NCBI RefSeq assembly: GCF_006345805.1
Contig: NC_042997.1
Span: forward strand, 61,876,001 to 61,940,000
Source: Octopus sinensis
Lineage: Eukaryota
DNA length: 64,000 nt
Reading direction: 5' to 3'
A program made the position numbers and the translations under genes. This document shows positions 37,555 to 49,573 of the stretch, in pieces. Under the pieces are notes generated by a model, which saw nothing but the letters and a program-made list of their open reading frames with translations, searched no databases and was not told the DNA's origin. Positions within the stretch are counted from its first letter, which is position 1. Each line of letters starts with the position of its first letter.

Positions 37555-37850
37555 AAGGGGCATGACTCAGTGGTTAGAGCGTTGGTGCACAATCATGAGT
37601 TTAGTTCCTGGACTGGGCTGTGTTGTGTTCTTGAGCAAGACACTTTATTTCACATTGCTCTAGTTCACTCAGCTGTAGAAATGAGTTGCAACATCACTAA
37701 TACCAAGCTGTATTGGCGTATGCTTTTCTCTTGGCTAACATCGGTGGTGTGGAGCGGGCAGGCTGGTATGCATGGGAGACTGCTGCTGGTCTTCCATAAT
37801 CATCCATGCTTCAGAGGGAAACTTTCTAGGTGCAATCCCATGGTCCCTTT
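37555..37850 (+). mobile_element. tRNA-derived SINE family C (OR1-like)
   Basis: GGGCATGACTCAGTGGTTAGAGC head, CTTGAGCAAGACACTTTATTTCAC, tail CTTTCTAGGTGCAATCCCATGGTC; a reverse copy lies at 42620-42935. Confidence 0.8.
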
Positions 37851-38342
37851 TTTTTAGAATATATATTGACCGTAATAACGTAGGATTTCAACATAAGCTA
37901 ATGTGATCTCTAACAATTTCATCCAAATTTCCCAAAATATAATCCAGATTAAGTAAATAGTGTTAATATTTATTAGGCAATTATTCTTCCTGTGACAATA
38001 ACATATGAAGATTATTAATTAATTAGATGATAATTATTGCTTCTTTGATTGTAAGGTTAACAACTAAGTACAACTGAATGCCAGATCATACATGGTTCTT
38101 AATTATATATTTGTTATATGAGGCTTGGTGATTCTGAGATTGTTGAGCTGGGATATTGGCTTCATAGTTACAATTTCAAACTTTGTTACAATCATTGTAT
38201 GACTACTTTAGCAGTTGGCTTGCCTTCAGTCTGCTTAGATAAAGGTAACTTAAAAACTCTACTCCTTATAATGGGATGAGCCAGATGGTTTTGCATATTT
38301 ATCTTTTGCTTCTTTCACTCTTTGAAACTCAGCCATGAAGCG

Positions 38343-38640
38343 TCTAGTACCTACCCTTAAGCCTGGTACTTATTTGATCAGTCTCTTTTTGGTGAACTGT
38401 AAAGTTATGAAAATGTAAACAAACCAACTTGTCAAGCAGTGGTGGAGGACAAACAAATACACCCCCTCCATACACATATATACATAACAGGCTTCTTTCG
38501 GTTTCTTTCTGCCAAATCCATTCACAAGACTTTGGTTGACCTGGGGAAGATACTTGCCCAAGTTGCTGTGCATTGGGGTCTGAACTCAAGATCACATAGT
38601 TGAGAAGCAAGTTTTTTACCACACAGCCATGCTGGCACCT
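38343..38640 (-). mobile_element. SINE family B
   Basis: Reverse-complement head and body. Confidence 0.7.
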
Positions 38641-38910
38641 ATTTAGTAACATTTTTTAAAATGATTTATAAAAAAGCCTTTTGGCTGGAATAGAATTCAA
38701 AATCATATGGGGAATTCATCTGCAATCTGCAATATATCATGGGTGTTGTCATGTAATTCTGTAGAAAAATGTCTAACTCTGTGTTAGCATTGACTGTGAT
38801 GTACTTTCCTTGACTTCGCTTTACTGTTGGTAAACTACTGCCTGGCATGCTGAGACATGTTCTCTAGCTGATTATTTAAATAGACTTGTTTATTTTTCAT
38901 GTACACTTAG

Positions 38911-38941
<31 letters not shown>

Positions 38942-39754
38942 CACATACATACATACATACATACACATTCATCCATGTGCATGTACACTTATGCAAATGT
39001 AATGTATGTGTGCATGCATGTGTGTGTGCGTGTGCGTGCATCAGTGCATAAAAATACAAAAACAGCAGCATGACAATTGCGATAAAGCTCACTTAAATAA
39101 ATAGAACATTATATACGTATTGTTGGTAGCAATATATTCATTGGGATAAGTATTTTTAGTTTTGTATCCCTTGATTTTGTTTACTGATGTATATCTCTAT
39201 ATAACTCAAGATTGCTAGTTTCTTAAAAAATATATAGTTGCTTACAACAATAGTTACCATAAAATATATGAGGCGAACTTTACATTATGGAGTGGAATGT
39301 ACAATTTCCTTTAAGTCAGACTGTCTTGTAGCCTCAGCAGACAAAATGGAAAAGCTGTTACCCTGGAGAATGGCGAGGAAGATTTGCTGGAACAGCCACT
39401 CAGACTTATGGGGCTTGCACTTGTGAACAGCCATCTCTGCCCTGATCTCTCTTGTTTTTGTATTAGTACAACTTGTGGGAACAGTTGTTCACAAGGTTTT
39501 GAATTTAAGGGAAGTATTTAACAGTTTGCCATACACTCAGGGATCATGTTGTTGCATCCTTTTAGATCTAACCCTCCCACCACTCCCTGTTTCTTTCCCA
39601 CCAAAGTTTTTCTGGGAAGTGTTAATCCCACTAATAGTGGGTGGGTCTGCTAAATTCAGTGTCATTGTACAAGAAAAAAAAAAGAGGGGAAAAAGAGAAG
39701 TGTTGAAGCATGGTTACTGTTTGGTGACTGAATCCAGTAAAAGAATATCTTTCA

Positions 39755-39950
39755 TTTGGATTGGCAGAATCATTAGAGTGTTAGGAAAAATGTTTTATTT
39801 GATTTCTTTCACATCTCCGTGTTTAGAGTTCAAATCCTGCTGAGCTCAGCTTTGCTTTTTTATCCTTGTGGGGTTGATAAAATAAAATACCAGTCAAGAA
39901 TGGGGATCAATGTAATGAACTGATTCTCTCCACCAAAACTGCTGGCTTTG
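39755..39950 (+). mobile_element. SINE family A
   Basis: TTGGCAGAATCATTAGAG..GAGTTCAAATCC..GGGGTTGATAAAATAAAATACCAG. Confidence 0.75.
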
Positions 39951-39953
39951 TGT

Positions 39954-40271
39954 TTAACCCTATAGCATCTAAACTGGTCACATCCAGCTACACTATTCTA
40001 CCAGCTTAATGGTCAAACTAGCCAGATCTGGTATGTCACACCTACCTTACAATGTCATTCTAAAATTAAACAGTCATATCATCAAAATCTCAGAGCTACA
40101 AAGTAATGTATGATTAACTAAAATCCTCTTACATATACCCTACAATGTTATTCTAAAACTAAACCATCACATCATTGAAATCTCAGGGCTATAAGTCGAA
40201 TGATTAATTCAAAGCAATATGAACTAATAAGCATTACATTTGACAGGGTGACCTGAATGCTAAAGGGTTAA
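39954..40271. mobile_element. piggyBac-type MITE family 2 with internal ~90-bp duplication
   Basis: TTAA|CCCTATAGCAT..ATGCTAAAGGG|TTAA; TACAATG(TC/TT)ATTCTAAAA..AAATCTCAG occurs twice. Confidence 0.85.
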
Positions 40272-41339
40272 ATTAGAACTAGTTACTAAAGGAGTACTTT
40301 TCTGTTTGTTGAGGGAGTCATTTCTCAACAGAATGGAGTACAACTTTATATTGTCAACTTACTGTAGAAAATAAACAGTTGCAGGAACATGGAGAAAATG
40401 AAGGGATGGAAAGGACTGGAAATACTGGAAGTGACTATTAGAATCAAATTTTGTAGTTATTAGGATGGGACTTTATGAGGAATATAGGCTGAAAGATAAA
40501 GATTGCAAACTGCTAGAATAATTGTGAATATGAGTTCAGATGTTAATACTAGCACTGTGCTTGTACCATGAGTATTGTATTTAATTGTTTAAGCAAAATA
40601 TAATTTATATAACTGATATTTAATAGTTAAGTAGTAAGTGAATGGAACTCTTGTTGGTTTTGATGATGAAAATTCAAGTTGTGTGATTTATGGAACTTCT
40701 TTTGCCAGTCCAAATAAGACATTCTTTTATTTGGATTTAGTGCATGGCTTAGTGGTTAGAGTGTTGAACTCACAATTCTAAGATTGTGATTTTGGAGCAA
40801 AACACTTCATTTCACATTGCTCCAGTCCATCCAGTCGGCAAAAATAAGTATTCCTGCAACAGACCAGCATCTCATGCAGGTGGTGGTGGGTATATATGCT
40901 ACATAATCCAGGAAACCAGCCCTATGAGTCTATATGGCTCTGGAAGGAGCTTTCTACTTTCTTTTTATTGTTTTATTGAGTTCAGTTACTGAATGGAAGC
41001 CATGCTGGAGTTTACCACTTCCTTTTGTTTTTGTACTTTTTTGGGGGGCACATGGTGTAAGTGGATGAGTATCCCACAAACACTTGTATCTTTAATGTAA
41101 TCATCAGCTATTTGAGCTTACATGTAGAATCCACCTTATGAGCTTTCACAGTTTCTATCTTCCACCCAGTTGTTTCCAGTTATGAATGCTCTGCTAATAT
41201 GATTTGGATAAAATGTCTATTACTGATTGTCTGCACCTGGTACAGCAAAGTAAGTTTTAAGAAAGCCCAGAAATAAACAATGTTCCTAGAATAAGCTTCC
41301 TTTTCTAACTATTTTAGGTATTAATATCTCTTTTGTATG

Positions 41340-41572
41340 GAATCTAGGCATCGCTGTGTGATAAGAAAATTGCTTCCCAACTACATGGTTCCGGGTTCAC
41401 TTACACTGTATGACACCTTGGTTAAATGTCTTCTACTGTAGTCTCAAGCTGATCAAAGCCTCGTGAGTGGATTTAATTACTGGGGTCAATTCATTCAACT
41501 AAATGTTCTTCAAGGCAGTGCCCCAGCATGGCCACAGTCTAATGGCTGAAACAAGTAAGATAAAAGATAATA
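41340..41572 (+). mobile_element. SINE family B, internally deleted
   Basis: Head joined directly to the GGGGTCAATTCATTCAACT..GAAACAAGTAAG tail. Confidence 0.7.
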
Positions 41573-41639
41573 TCTAGTCTCTGTAAATTGGCAAGCTAGC
41601 TAACTTACTCATACTCCATCACTGATCTTTGTGTCCTTA

Positions 41640-42115
41640 TATTATTTACATTTGATGGATATTTGTCCTCATCTTTATTGTTAATGCAACGTTTCGGCTG
41701 ATATACTCTCCAGCCTTCATCAGGTGTCCTGGGGGAATTTCAAACCTGAGTTCTCATTCCTAAGCTATGTTTCCAACGTTATTATTATTATTATTATTAT
41801 TGAACTTGGAATTGAACTTGGAATCTTGGGGTTAGTAGCCTGCACTCTTAACCACTGCGCCATGTAGTCGTGGGCAATTATGGAGTGAATTTTTGGGTTT
41901 ATAAATCTAATATTTTCCTATACTTCCTTAATACCAGTTCCCATATGCTACTCATATCTGCACTAGGTCTGCTTAGGAGGTTACTATGTCCTAGCATGTG
42001 TGCTGCCTTTTTGAGTTTTCGTATTTTCCAGTGGTGTTCTCTGACTATTATTTTAACTTCATCCCACAGGGAGATACACAAAAGATTTCAGCCTAGAAGT
42101 GTGCTGTTGTGAAAT
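41640..42115 (-). mobile_element. Penelope-like element 3' end (GIY-YIG C-terminus, tRNA-like module, hammerhead)
   Basis: ORF 41899-42081 WDEVKIIVREHHWKIRKLKKAAHMLGHSNLLSRPSADMSSIWELVL matches the PLE endonuclease C-terminal pattern (KIxxxExxWxxRKxKEA..W); A-box, B-box, (AAT)n and CTGATGA..GAAACGT follow. Confidence 0.75.
41683..41729 (-). ncRNA. Minimal Penelope-type hammerhead ribozyme motif
   Basis: GGACAC CTGATGA A GGCTG-GAGAGTATAT-CAGCC GAAACGTT GCATT; stem II perfect, palindromic ACGT stem III, stem I has two mismatches. Confidence 0.7.
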
Positions 42116-42224
42116 GAACTGCAAACCACATAGCCATGCCTTTGCCTATAAATACTTGGCTGCCGTGATTGTTTGCTACCCCCTCTCTCTCTCATGTACA
42201 CACACAACATATTTTGAATGAAGC

Positions 42225-42600
42225 ACAGGCACAGATGTGTGCTTTATGGTTTAAATGTTTGCTTCGCAACCATATGGCTTCATGTTCAGATCCCACTGCA
42301 TGCCACCTGGGCTGACCAAAGCCTTGTGGATAGATTTAGTAAACTGAAAGCTTGCACACGTGTGCGTGTGCACATATGTGTGTTCTTGTCTTGACATTGC
42401 ATGATAGTTATAGATGAATCATACAAGCAGTGTTGTTCATTTCCAATCTTCTGTGAAAATGTTTGGCTATGGGGAAATATCATTTTAGAAACAGATGAGG
42501 GTCAGCAACAGGAAGAGCATCTGGCTGTAGAAAATCTTCCTCATTAAACTCCATCTGGCCCATGCAAGCATGGAGAAGTGAATGTTAAAACAATGATTTT
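42225..42600 (+). mobile_element. SINE family D
   Basis: Head, GGGGAAATATC, GGAAGAGCATCTGGCTGTAGAAAATC, CCATGCAAGCATGG tail. Confidence 0.8.
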
Positions 42601-42619
42601 ATATATATATATGTATAGG

Positions 42620-42935
42620 GTAAAAGGGTTAGGACCTCCTTCGGTCATGAATGACCATGGGATTGCACTTAGAAAGTTCCCCTTCGAGGTACAAGTTCTG
42701 GCAAGGTTGTTTATAGGAGACCAGCAGTTGCCCATGCATACCAGACTCCCCGCTGACTCCACTGATGTTAACCAAGAGAAAGGCAAAAGCTTATACAGCT
42801 TAGCACCAGTGATGTTGCAACTCATCATCTCTGCAGCTGAGTGAACTGAAGCAATATGAAATAAAGTGTCTTGCTCAAGCACACAACACACAGCCTAGTC
42901 TGGGAATTGAACTCATAACCTCATGCTTGTGAGCC
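42620..42935 (-). mobile_element. SINE family C (OR1-like)
   Basis: Reverse homolog of 37555-37850. Confidence 0.8.
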
Positions 42936-42950
42936 TAATATATACACACA

Positions 42951-43305
42951 TATAGGGTGTTCAGAATGAATTTGGCAGTTAGCATAAAAGGAAAATAAAG
43001 TACAACATCTCACCCAAAAGTAAAAGTATTTAAAAAAATTTTTTAAGATATCAACTAGATAACAGTTTACTCAAAATAGCCACCCTCAGCTTCCACTGCA
43101 TCATCAAAATGGCTATGGAACTTGCCACAGGTGTTCCTCACTGTGTCATTGGGAAGACGTTCAAATACCTCCTTGATCTTGGCCACAAACTTGGCCTTTG
43201 TGTTGCAGACAGAATGGTTGGTGTCTTTCTCAACTGCACTATGTACATAAGTAATCCATAGGATTACAATTGGGGAAATTAGTCCATGTTACATCTTACA
43301 GCCAT
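42951..43305 (-). mobile_element. maT/DD37D mariner 3' fragment with terminal TATAGGGTG
   Basis: Minus strand PNCNPMDY..VEKDTN..AKIKEVFE..EAEGGYFE*; same family as 21950-22700. Confidence 0.75.
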
Positions 43306-43379
43306 TATAATGTTCACAAGCCATAGACCTTGGCCTGAAACTAGATTAAATAAATAAATAAATAAATGAATATATATAT

Positions 43380-43850
43380 ATCATCATCACCATTACTGTT
43401 TTTGCCTTCACTTTCCTATGCTTGCATAAGCCAGGCAAAATTTGAGGCAGATTTTCTTAAGCTGAATGCACTTTCTGTTGCCAAATCTCACCTATTTCCA
43501 AGGAAGATAATAATTTCCCTATTTCTTCAAATATGAACAGTATAATGCTTGGACATGTTTCCACTGGTGATTTAAAAAAAAAAACAACAAACAAAAAAAA
43601 AAACACTGCTTGTATGGTGGTGATGTAATGTAATTTGCAGGCAGTGTCAAACAAGGGGGTTAAGAATACACACACATGCACACACACTGAGTTTCTTTCA
43701 GCTTCCATCTGTCAGATCCACCCAAAAGGCTACAGTTGGCCTGTAACTGTTTTAGAAGACGCCTGCCCATTGTGCTACGCAATGGAACTGAACCTGAAAA
43801 TATGTAGTTGGAAAGTGAACTATACATACATAGAAACCCACGCACACTTA
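43380..43850 (-). mobile_element. SINE family D
   Basis: Reverse tail (CAT)n..CTATGCTTGCAT, family D body, reverse head. Confidence 0.7.
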
Positions 43851-44524
43851 ATACACGCATTTACATGCACACACACATGGAAAATATGTAAGCAGATTTA
43901 TGCATTGTTCAATAGTTCTTGATGTGTGCATGGACACACACACACACACACACACACATTTACAGACTTGTACATTTCCATTTTTGCATATAATATAATA
44001 AACATGTTATGTTTGAAAAGCATTAAAAGATGATGTATTTTTTTTTTGTATACATTTTAACAATAGCAACAATGTTTATTCATTTATGCCCTCTGTTGGG
44101 CCTGTGAAAGATTATTTCGTGTTCTTTCACAGTCTCTCCTGCTCATTATGGGATCAGTCCATAACATCAGCTGTGTTAAGATTGAGCTCTTGATTTACTA
44201 CATAAACGTGATGTCTGTGTCAACCTGACACTAAGAACTAGAAATAGACATTAATGTATTCCTGTATTATTGTGTGAATACGTGCATATGTGTATGTATT
44301 AATAAGGGTTTGTTTAATTTTGGGGGCTGGTTATTGAAATGAAATTAATAGTTCTGTTTGTTGCCTTTTTTTTTCTATTTTCAGATAGGACCAAAAGAAA
44401 AAAAAATACCACAATGATGTTTTAACAAATTCATATTTTTATTTACTTATACATGCCAACATTATTATTTTTTTGTTCTCTCTTCCTTACTGATTTTGTT
44501 TATTATCTTGTCTTTATTCAACAG

Positions 44525-44630
44525 AAAGAAATTCAGGCTATGAGCCACTGTAAACACGAGAATGTGGTTGCCTATTACACATCATTTGTAGTGAAAGAAG
44601 AACTGTGGGTTGTTATGAAGTTGTGTGGAG
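44525..44630 (+). CDS. OXSR1: OXSR1/STK39-like kinase, internal exon (alphaC Glu to hinge); 3' boundary uncertain (44630 or 44633)
   Basis: Acceptor ttattcaacag; phase 0; [35 protein letters not shown](G). The only frame-compatible GT donor is GAG|gtgggt at 44631. Confidence 0.93.
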
Positions 44631-45264
44631 GTGGGTAGCTGTTTTATTTGAAATCGATATAATGATGCTTCTGAAAAGAGTGACTGCTGATAAATAGGCA
44701 AACTTTTGTATTTATATTTTTTATAAAAGCATTGTTTTTTGTCAGTTTGCATAGACTTGTTTAAAATTTTTCATTTTCTAAATTGAAAGACTGAATTTAT
44801 GATATATAGATTGAAATAAAATATTTATTTCCAGACTGTTGTACCAAAAGTATATGATTTTTTTTCTTATTGTTAAGTTGTTACATATACATACATAGAT
44901 ATTATACATGTATCTATACATATCTATACAGTGGGGGAATTCTTAGCCATGACGTTATACAAGCATTAATCTAATTCAAACAGCTGTTTAATGTAAATTT
45001 GTGTGATTTAATAATGATTTGTATACACTGTCTGTTTATGTTAGACTTGAATTTCTCAGCCTGTAAGCACAACTTTTGTTTTGAACAAAATGTGCTTATG
45101 ATTTGTTGGTAAGGTGAACAAAACAGTTGGATATGAAACAGCATCAGAATATTATCCACTGAAAGCAGAACTATTGGTTTTTTTTGTCTATAATCTGTAT
45201 TTGTAGATAAATGCATAAGACTTAAAATTGGCAAAAATAAAAAAAAAATCTAAAACTGTTAGCT

Positions 45265-45430
45265 ATAGGTGCAGGTGTAGCTGTATGGTAAGATACTTGC
45301 TTCCCAACGATGCAATTCTGGGTCCCATTGCATAGCATAGCACCTTGGGTAAAGATTGTTCTACTATAGCCTCAAGCTAACCAAGGTCTTGTGAGAGAAT
45401 TTAGTAGATGGAAACTGAAAGAAGCCTCTC
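45265..45430 (+). mobile_element. SINE family B/D head
   Basis: GGTGCAGGTGTAGCTGTATGGTAAG..CACCTTGGG..GATGGAAACTGAAAGAAGCC. Confidence 0.7.
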
Positions 45431-45473
45431 TCTCTCGATTCGTTTCATTTCGTTTCTTCTTCTCCCAGTACAG

Positions 45474-45513
<40 letters not shown>

Positions 45514-45629
45514 CTCCTTCTTCCCATCTTTCCTGAGCGTCCAATAATACTTTATTTGTTCCACATCCTTGCGTTGTTGTCTTTTTGTATTCTTGTTTGG
45601 ATTAACTTATATATATATATATATACATA

Positions 45630-46310
45630 CACACAAGTGTTGGACAAAATAATGGAAACACCTTAAAATTTCAAACAAATTTATTTTAATATATATAGGC
45701 ACAGGTGTGGCTGTGTGGTAAGTAGCTTGCTTACCAACCACATGGTTCCGAGTTCAGTCCTACTGTGTGGCACCTTGAGCAAGTGTCTTCTACTATAGCC
45801 TCGGGCCAACAAAAGCCTTGTGAGTGAATTTGGTAGACAGAAACTGAAAGAAGCCCGTCGTGTGTATATATATATATATATGTTTGTGTGTCTGTGTTTT
45901 TCCCCTCAACATTGCTTAACAACCGATGGTGGTGTATTTATGTTCCCATAACTTAGCGGTCTGGCAAAAGTGACCGATAGAATAAGTACTAGGCTAATAA
46001 GTACTAGAATAAGTCCTGGGGGTCGATCTGCTCGACTAAAGGTGGTGCTCCAGCATGGCCGCAGTCAAATGACTGAAACAAATAAGAGTAATATGGGGGT
46101 AGGACCCCCTTTGGTAGTAATTACAGCTTCAAATCTATGAGGTATGGACCCGTACAAAGTTTGGATTGTTTCCAAAGGAATTTTTGTCCATTCTTCAGCT
46201 ATAACAGTCTCCAGTTCTTAGAGTGATGATGGTGGAAGATATCGACTCCTTACTTGTTTTTCTAAAGTACACAATAAATGTCGAATAATATTGTGATCTG
46301 GGGACTGTGC
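45630..46310 (-). mobile_element. Tc1-type transposon 3' remnant split by a SINE
   Basis: TIR-like CAAGTGTTGGACAAAATAATGGAAACACC at 45634; 46092-46310 minus strand AQSPDHNII..ELETVIAEEWTKIPLETIQTLYGSIPHRFEAVITTKGGPT. Confidence 0.8.
45693..46088 (+). mobile_element. Young full-length SINE family B
   Basis: Complete head, body and tail with CpGs retained; TAATAT duplicated at 45687-45692 and 46089-46094. Confidence 0.9.
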
Positions 46311-46490
46311 TTAATGGTATTTTGTCTGTCTTTACATTCTGAGTTTAAATTCTGCTGAGGTCGATTTTGTCTTTCATCATTTTGGGGTTGATAAAATATA
46401 TACCATTTGAGCACTGGGTTGATGTACTTGACTTAACCCCTCTCCTGAACTTGCTGGCCTTGTGCCAAAATTTGAAACAAGTATTATTTC
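46310..46490 (+). mobile_element. SINE family A, 5'-truncated
   Basis: GAGTTTAAATTCTGCTGAGGTCG..GGGGTTGATAAAAT..GGCCTTGTGCCAAAATTTGAAAC. Confidence 0.75.
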
Positions 46491-47269
46491 TTTTCTCCTG
46501 CAAAGTCATGAAGAACAACTTATATTCATCAAATGAATGATATAAAGCATTAGCACCTTTGTGGTTAGCTTTGTTAGGACATTTTTGTTTCTTTTTTCCA
46601 CCATAAACTGACTTTAGCAGAATGGACATTGATGTTAACAAAGTGCTCATTACTAAGAGGGTTATGCAACATCTAGGGGCCTTGCGCCAATTAGACATAC
46701 TTCTGAGGTGTTTGTGAGCTAACACAAATGCAGATGACCTTTAAAACTATTTATCAGTTGATGATTGTATTCAGAAGCCATCTGGAATTTGATACATAGC
46801 TCTCAACAGTTTTGGTCAATAACCAGAAATTGAATCTCAGTAGCTTTGAAGTTTGGGTGCTGGTCTACTGAGTTCAAGCCTTACTTCATGTACTTCAGTG
46901 TGCCTCCATTAAGACTCTCCTCTCATTCTTGCCTAATTCAGTCAGCTTAAGCAGGTTTCATTGTTATTTCACATTTGAATAGTTAATTACAGGAAGCTCG
47001 TCCAGCTGTGAAATCAAGTGTTCTAGTGATATATGTAATATTAGAATGAGCTGTTTGGGCACAGCTGTCTTGGTTGCAAATGATTTGGCATGGCTGACAA
47101 GTCATTCAGTGACAGTACTTTTTGGCACTGGAGAGACATGCATTTGAACATGTGGGCAGATAGTTGTACAAACCACAGCAATAATATTATGTATACTACA
47201 GAGATAGCTAGTTTATTTCTGACTGTGCTTGTGCATGGAAAAGCTGACCTAAAATGAAGTTCCTTCATG

Positions 47270-47420
47270 AGACATAAAACTCATAGGGTTGGTTTCCTGG
47301 ATTTTGTAGCAACGCAAAATGATGTGTTTTGCTCAAGAACAGAATGCTTCACCTAGTTCAGGAATTGAAACTACAATTTTACAATCATGTGCCCAACACC
47401 CTAACCACTAGGCCACACAC
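47270..47420 (-). mobile_element. SINE family C variant
   Basis: CTCATAGGG(T/C)TG..TTCCTGG and TTTGCTCAAGAACA..CCAACACCCTAACCACTA shared with 52455-52700. Confidence 0.6.
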
Positions 47421-48404
47421 CTCCACAGATGTAAAAAATTTTTTAATACAAAATGTGTATCTTTAAATATGGTTATAGATTCTGTGAATTGGAGATGAGT
47501 AACCATTTGCTCACTTTTTGATCCACTTCCCTCTTTTCTTTGTGGCTCTATCTGTGTTCAGTTTTAAGTGAATATGTTTATGTACTCACAAAAATCTGTA
47601 TGTGTTTGTGTGTACGTACGTATGTATGCATGCGATGTTATTGAAAAACGCTAGAACAACAAAAGGTATGTTGGATAGGAAGTTCATTATAAAACCGTCA
47701 GCACATCTTCTTATTGGTAAACGATTTAATGTGTTGAGTCTATTTTTGAGAGAGAGAGAGAGAGAGAGAGTGAGTATGTGTGGTGTGGGGAAGCATAGAA
47801 AACCAAAAAAATACAAAGAAACAAAAACTAGTATGTTGTGATAAATATTATTTTGTGTGTGACTTCAAAGATTATGTTGCAATGGCCCTGTAATAAAACT
47901 GCACTGATGGCACTTGTATCAGTTTCCTCTGTTGCTGATTGATTGATTACAGAGGCATTGTACTTTGGTTGTTTACGGTGTATGGGCTGTTGTAAATATT
48001 TGGCTGTTTTGGGTTTTTTTTTTGTTAATTTCTACATACAGTAACTCAGTAGCATTGTGAAGCACAATTTTCAGTTAGGTAGATAGGGCATATTTATAGC
48101 AACTTGGAAGTTTGTGGTCAGAAGGCTCTACTATTTAGGACCAAAATTTTATATGTATGTGAGTGTGTGTGTGTGTAATTTAATTTTCCAAACTGTTGAT
48201 TCTCTCTCTGTCACTAGTCTGAGTGTCTTAGTTTAGTGTATTTGTTCTGATGAATGAACACACAAAAGCAAGAGATTCATACTAGCTATGGAGTGAATCA
48301 TCACCTTCAAACAAATAAACTGTATTATATATATTAAGTATTCCTTCTCTCATTTGTACACACACACACAGACATTTATATGTGTGTGTAATTCATATAT
48401 GTAT

Positions 48405-48790
48405 AGGCACAAGCATGGTTGTGTGGTAAAAAGCTTGCTTCTCAACTACATGGTTCTGGGTTCAGTCCCAGTGTATGGCACCTTGGGCAAGTGTCTTCAA
48501 TATCCTTGAGCTGACCAAAGCCTTGTGAGTGGATTTGGTAAACAGAAATGGGGAAAGAGCCTGTTGTGTGTGTGTGTCTTTTTGTCTGTGTCTGTTCCCT
48601 CCCACCACCGCTTGATAACCGGTGTTGGTATGTTGAAGTCTCAGTAATGTAGCAGTTCAGCAAAAGCGACTGATAGAATAAGTACCAGGCTTAACAAAAT
48701 TAAGTCCTGGGGTCAATTCATTGAACTAAAAGTTCTTCAAGGCAGTGCCCTAGCAAGGCAGCAGTCTAATGACAAAAACAAGTAAAAAAA
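48405..48790 (+). mobile_element. SINE family B, full length
   Basis: Homologous end to end with 45693-46088. Confidence 0.85.
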
Positions 48791-49047
48791 CAAAGGCATG
48801 AATTGTAGACATTTTTGTTCCCCACCAATTATAAAATCTTGTCTAACATACTGTTGTGCAAATACTGAAAAATAGAACTGTCTGAAAATTGTCTTTAAAA
48901 TATTGATTAATGTGACAATATACGCATCACAGCTTGTAAAACTTGATATGGATAAGTGCATACAAAATATCTCTGGGTATCCAAGATATGTCAAATGTAA
49001 AAGGTCATATTTATGTGTGCATGTATGCGTATATGCTTGTGTGTGTT

Positions 49048-49090
<43 letters not shown>

Positions 49091-49573
49091 GTAAATGTTG
49101 GTAATCAATTTAATTGACCTTTATTATTGTTTTTATTTTATTGGCATTGGAGGCTGAAATACTGAATCAATCGTTTTAGCATTTGAAGAAAGAACTGTGA
49201 AGTGTTTAGTTGATTATCTTCCCCACCATTCATGTCAACATTTTTTTGTCTGATAATATTAAGAAAATAGGTGAAAATTTATCAGGTAGATGTAGATTAT
49301 TCACTTGACAGCAGTAGAATGCTGATAGTTACTGTATTAAATCTTGAGAGTGAGGAAAGACAGATTTGATCTTTGAGATTCAGTCTAGGAACCATGAGGG
49401 TCAAAACTAAATGTTGTCTTGCTGTCTCAACCATCTCTGTGATGGTGGTGGTGGTGGTAATGATGATGATGATGATAGTGACAGTGGTGATGAACATATG
49501 ATCCAGACTACAATTTTAGGGAAAGGTTTATAGTAGATTTAATCAACCCTAGAACATGAGGGGTCCACTCCTT

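Noticed and set aside
37555-37630. tRNA genes (this and the other SINE heads)
   Set aside because: A/B boxes are present but there is no complete cloverleaf, and each continues into a SINE body.
39325-39530. Coding-looking stretch QNGKAVTLENGEEDLLEQPLRL
   Set aside because: No recognisable homology, weak donor and no start; left unassigned.
44360-44400. Alternative acceptor ttttctattttcag at 44384
   Set aside because: It would add 140 nt of A/T-rich sequence out of frame; it is probably a decoy and there is no supporting evidence.
46490-47265. 126-aa and 75-aa minus-strand ORFs
   Set aside because: The first begins in unassigned sequence and ends inside a SINE; neither has a recognisable domain.
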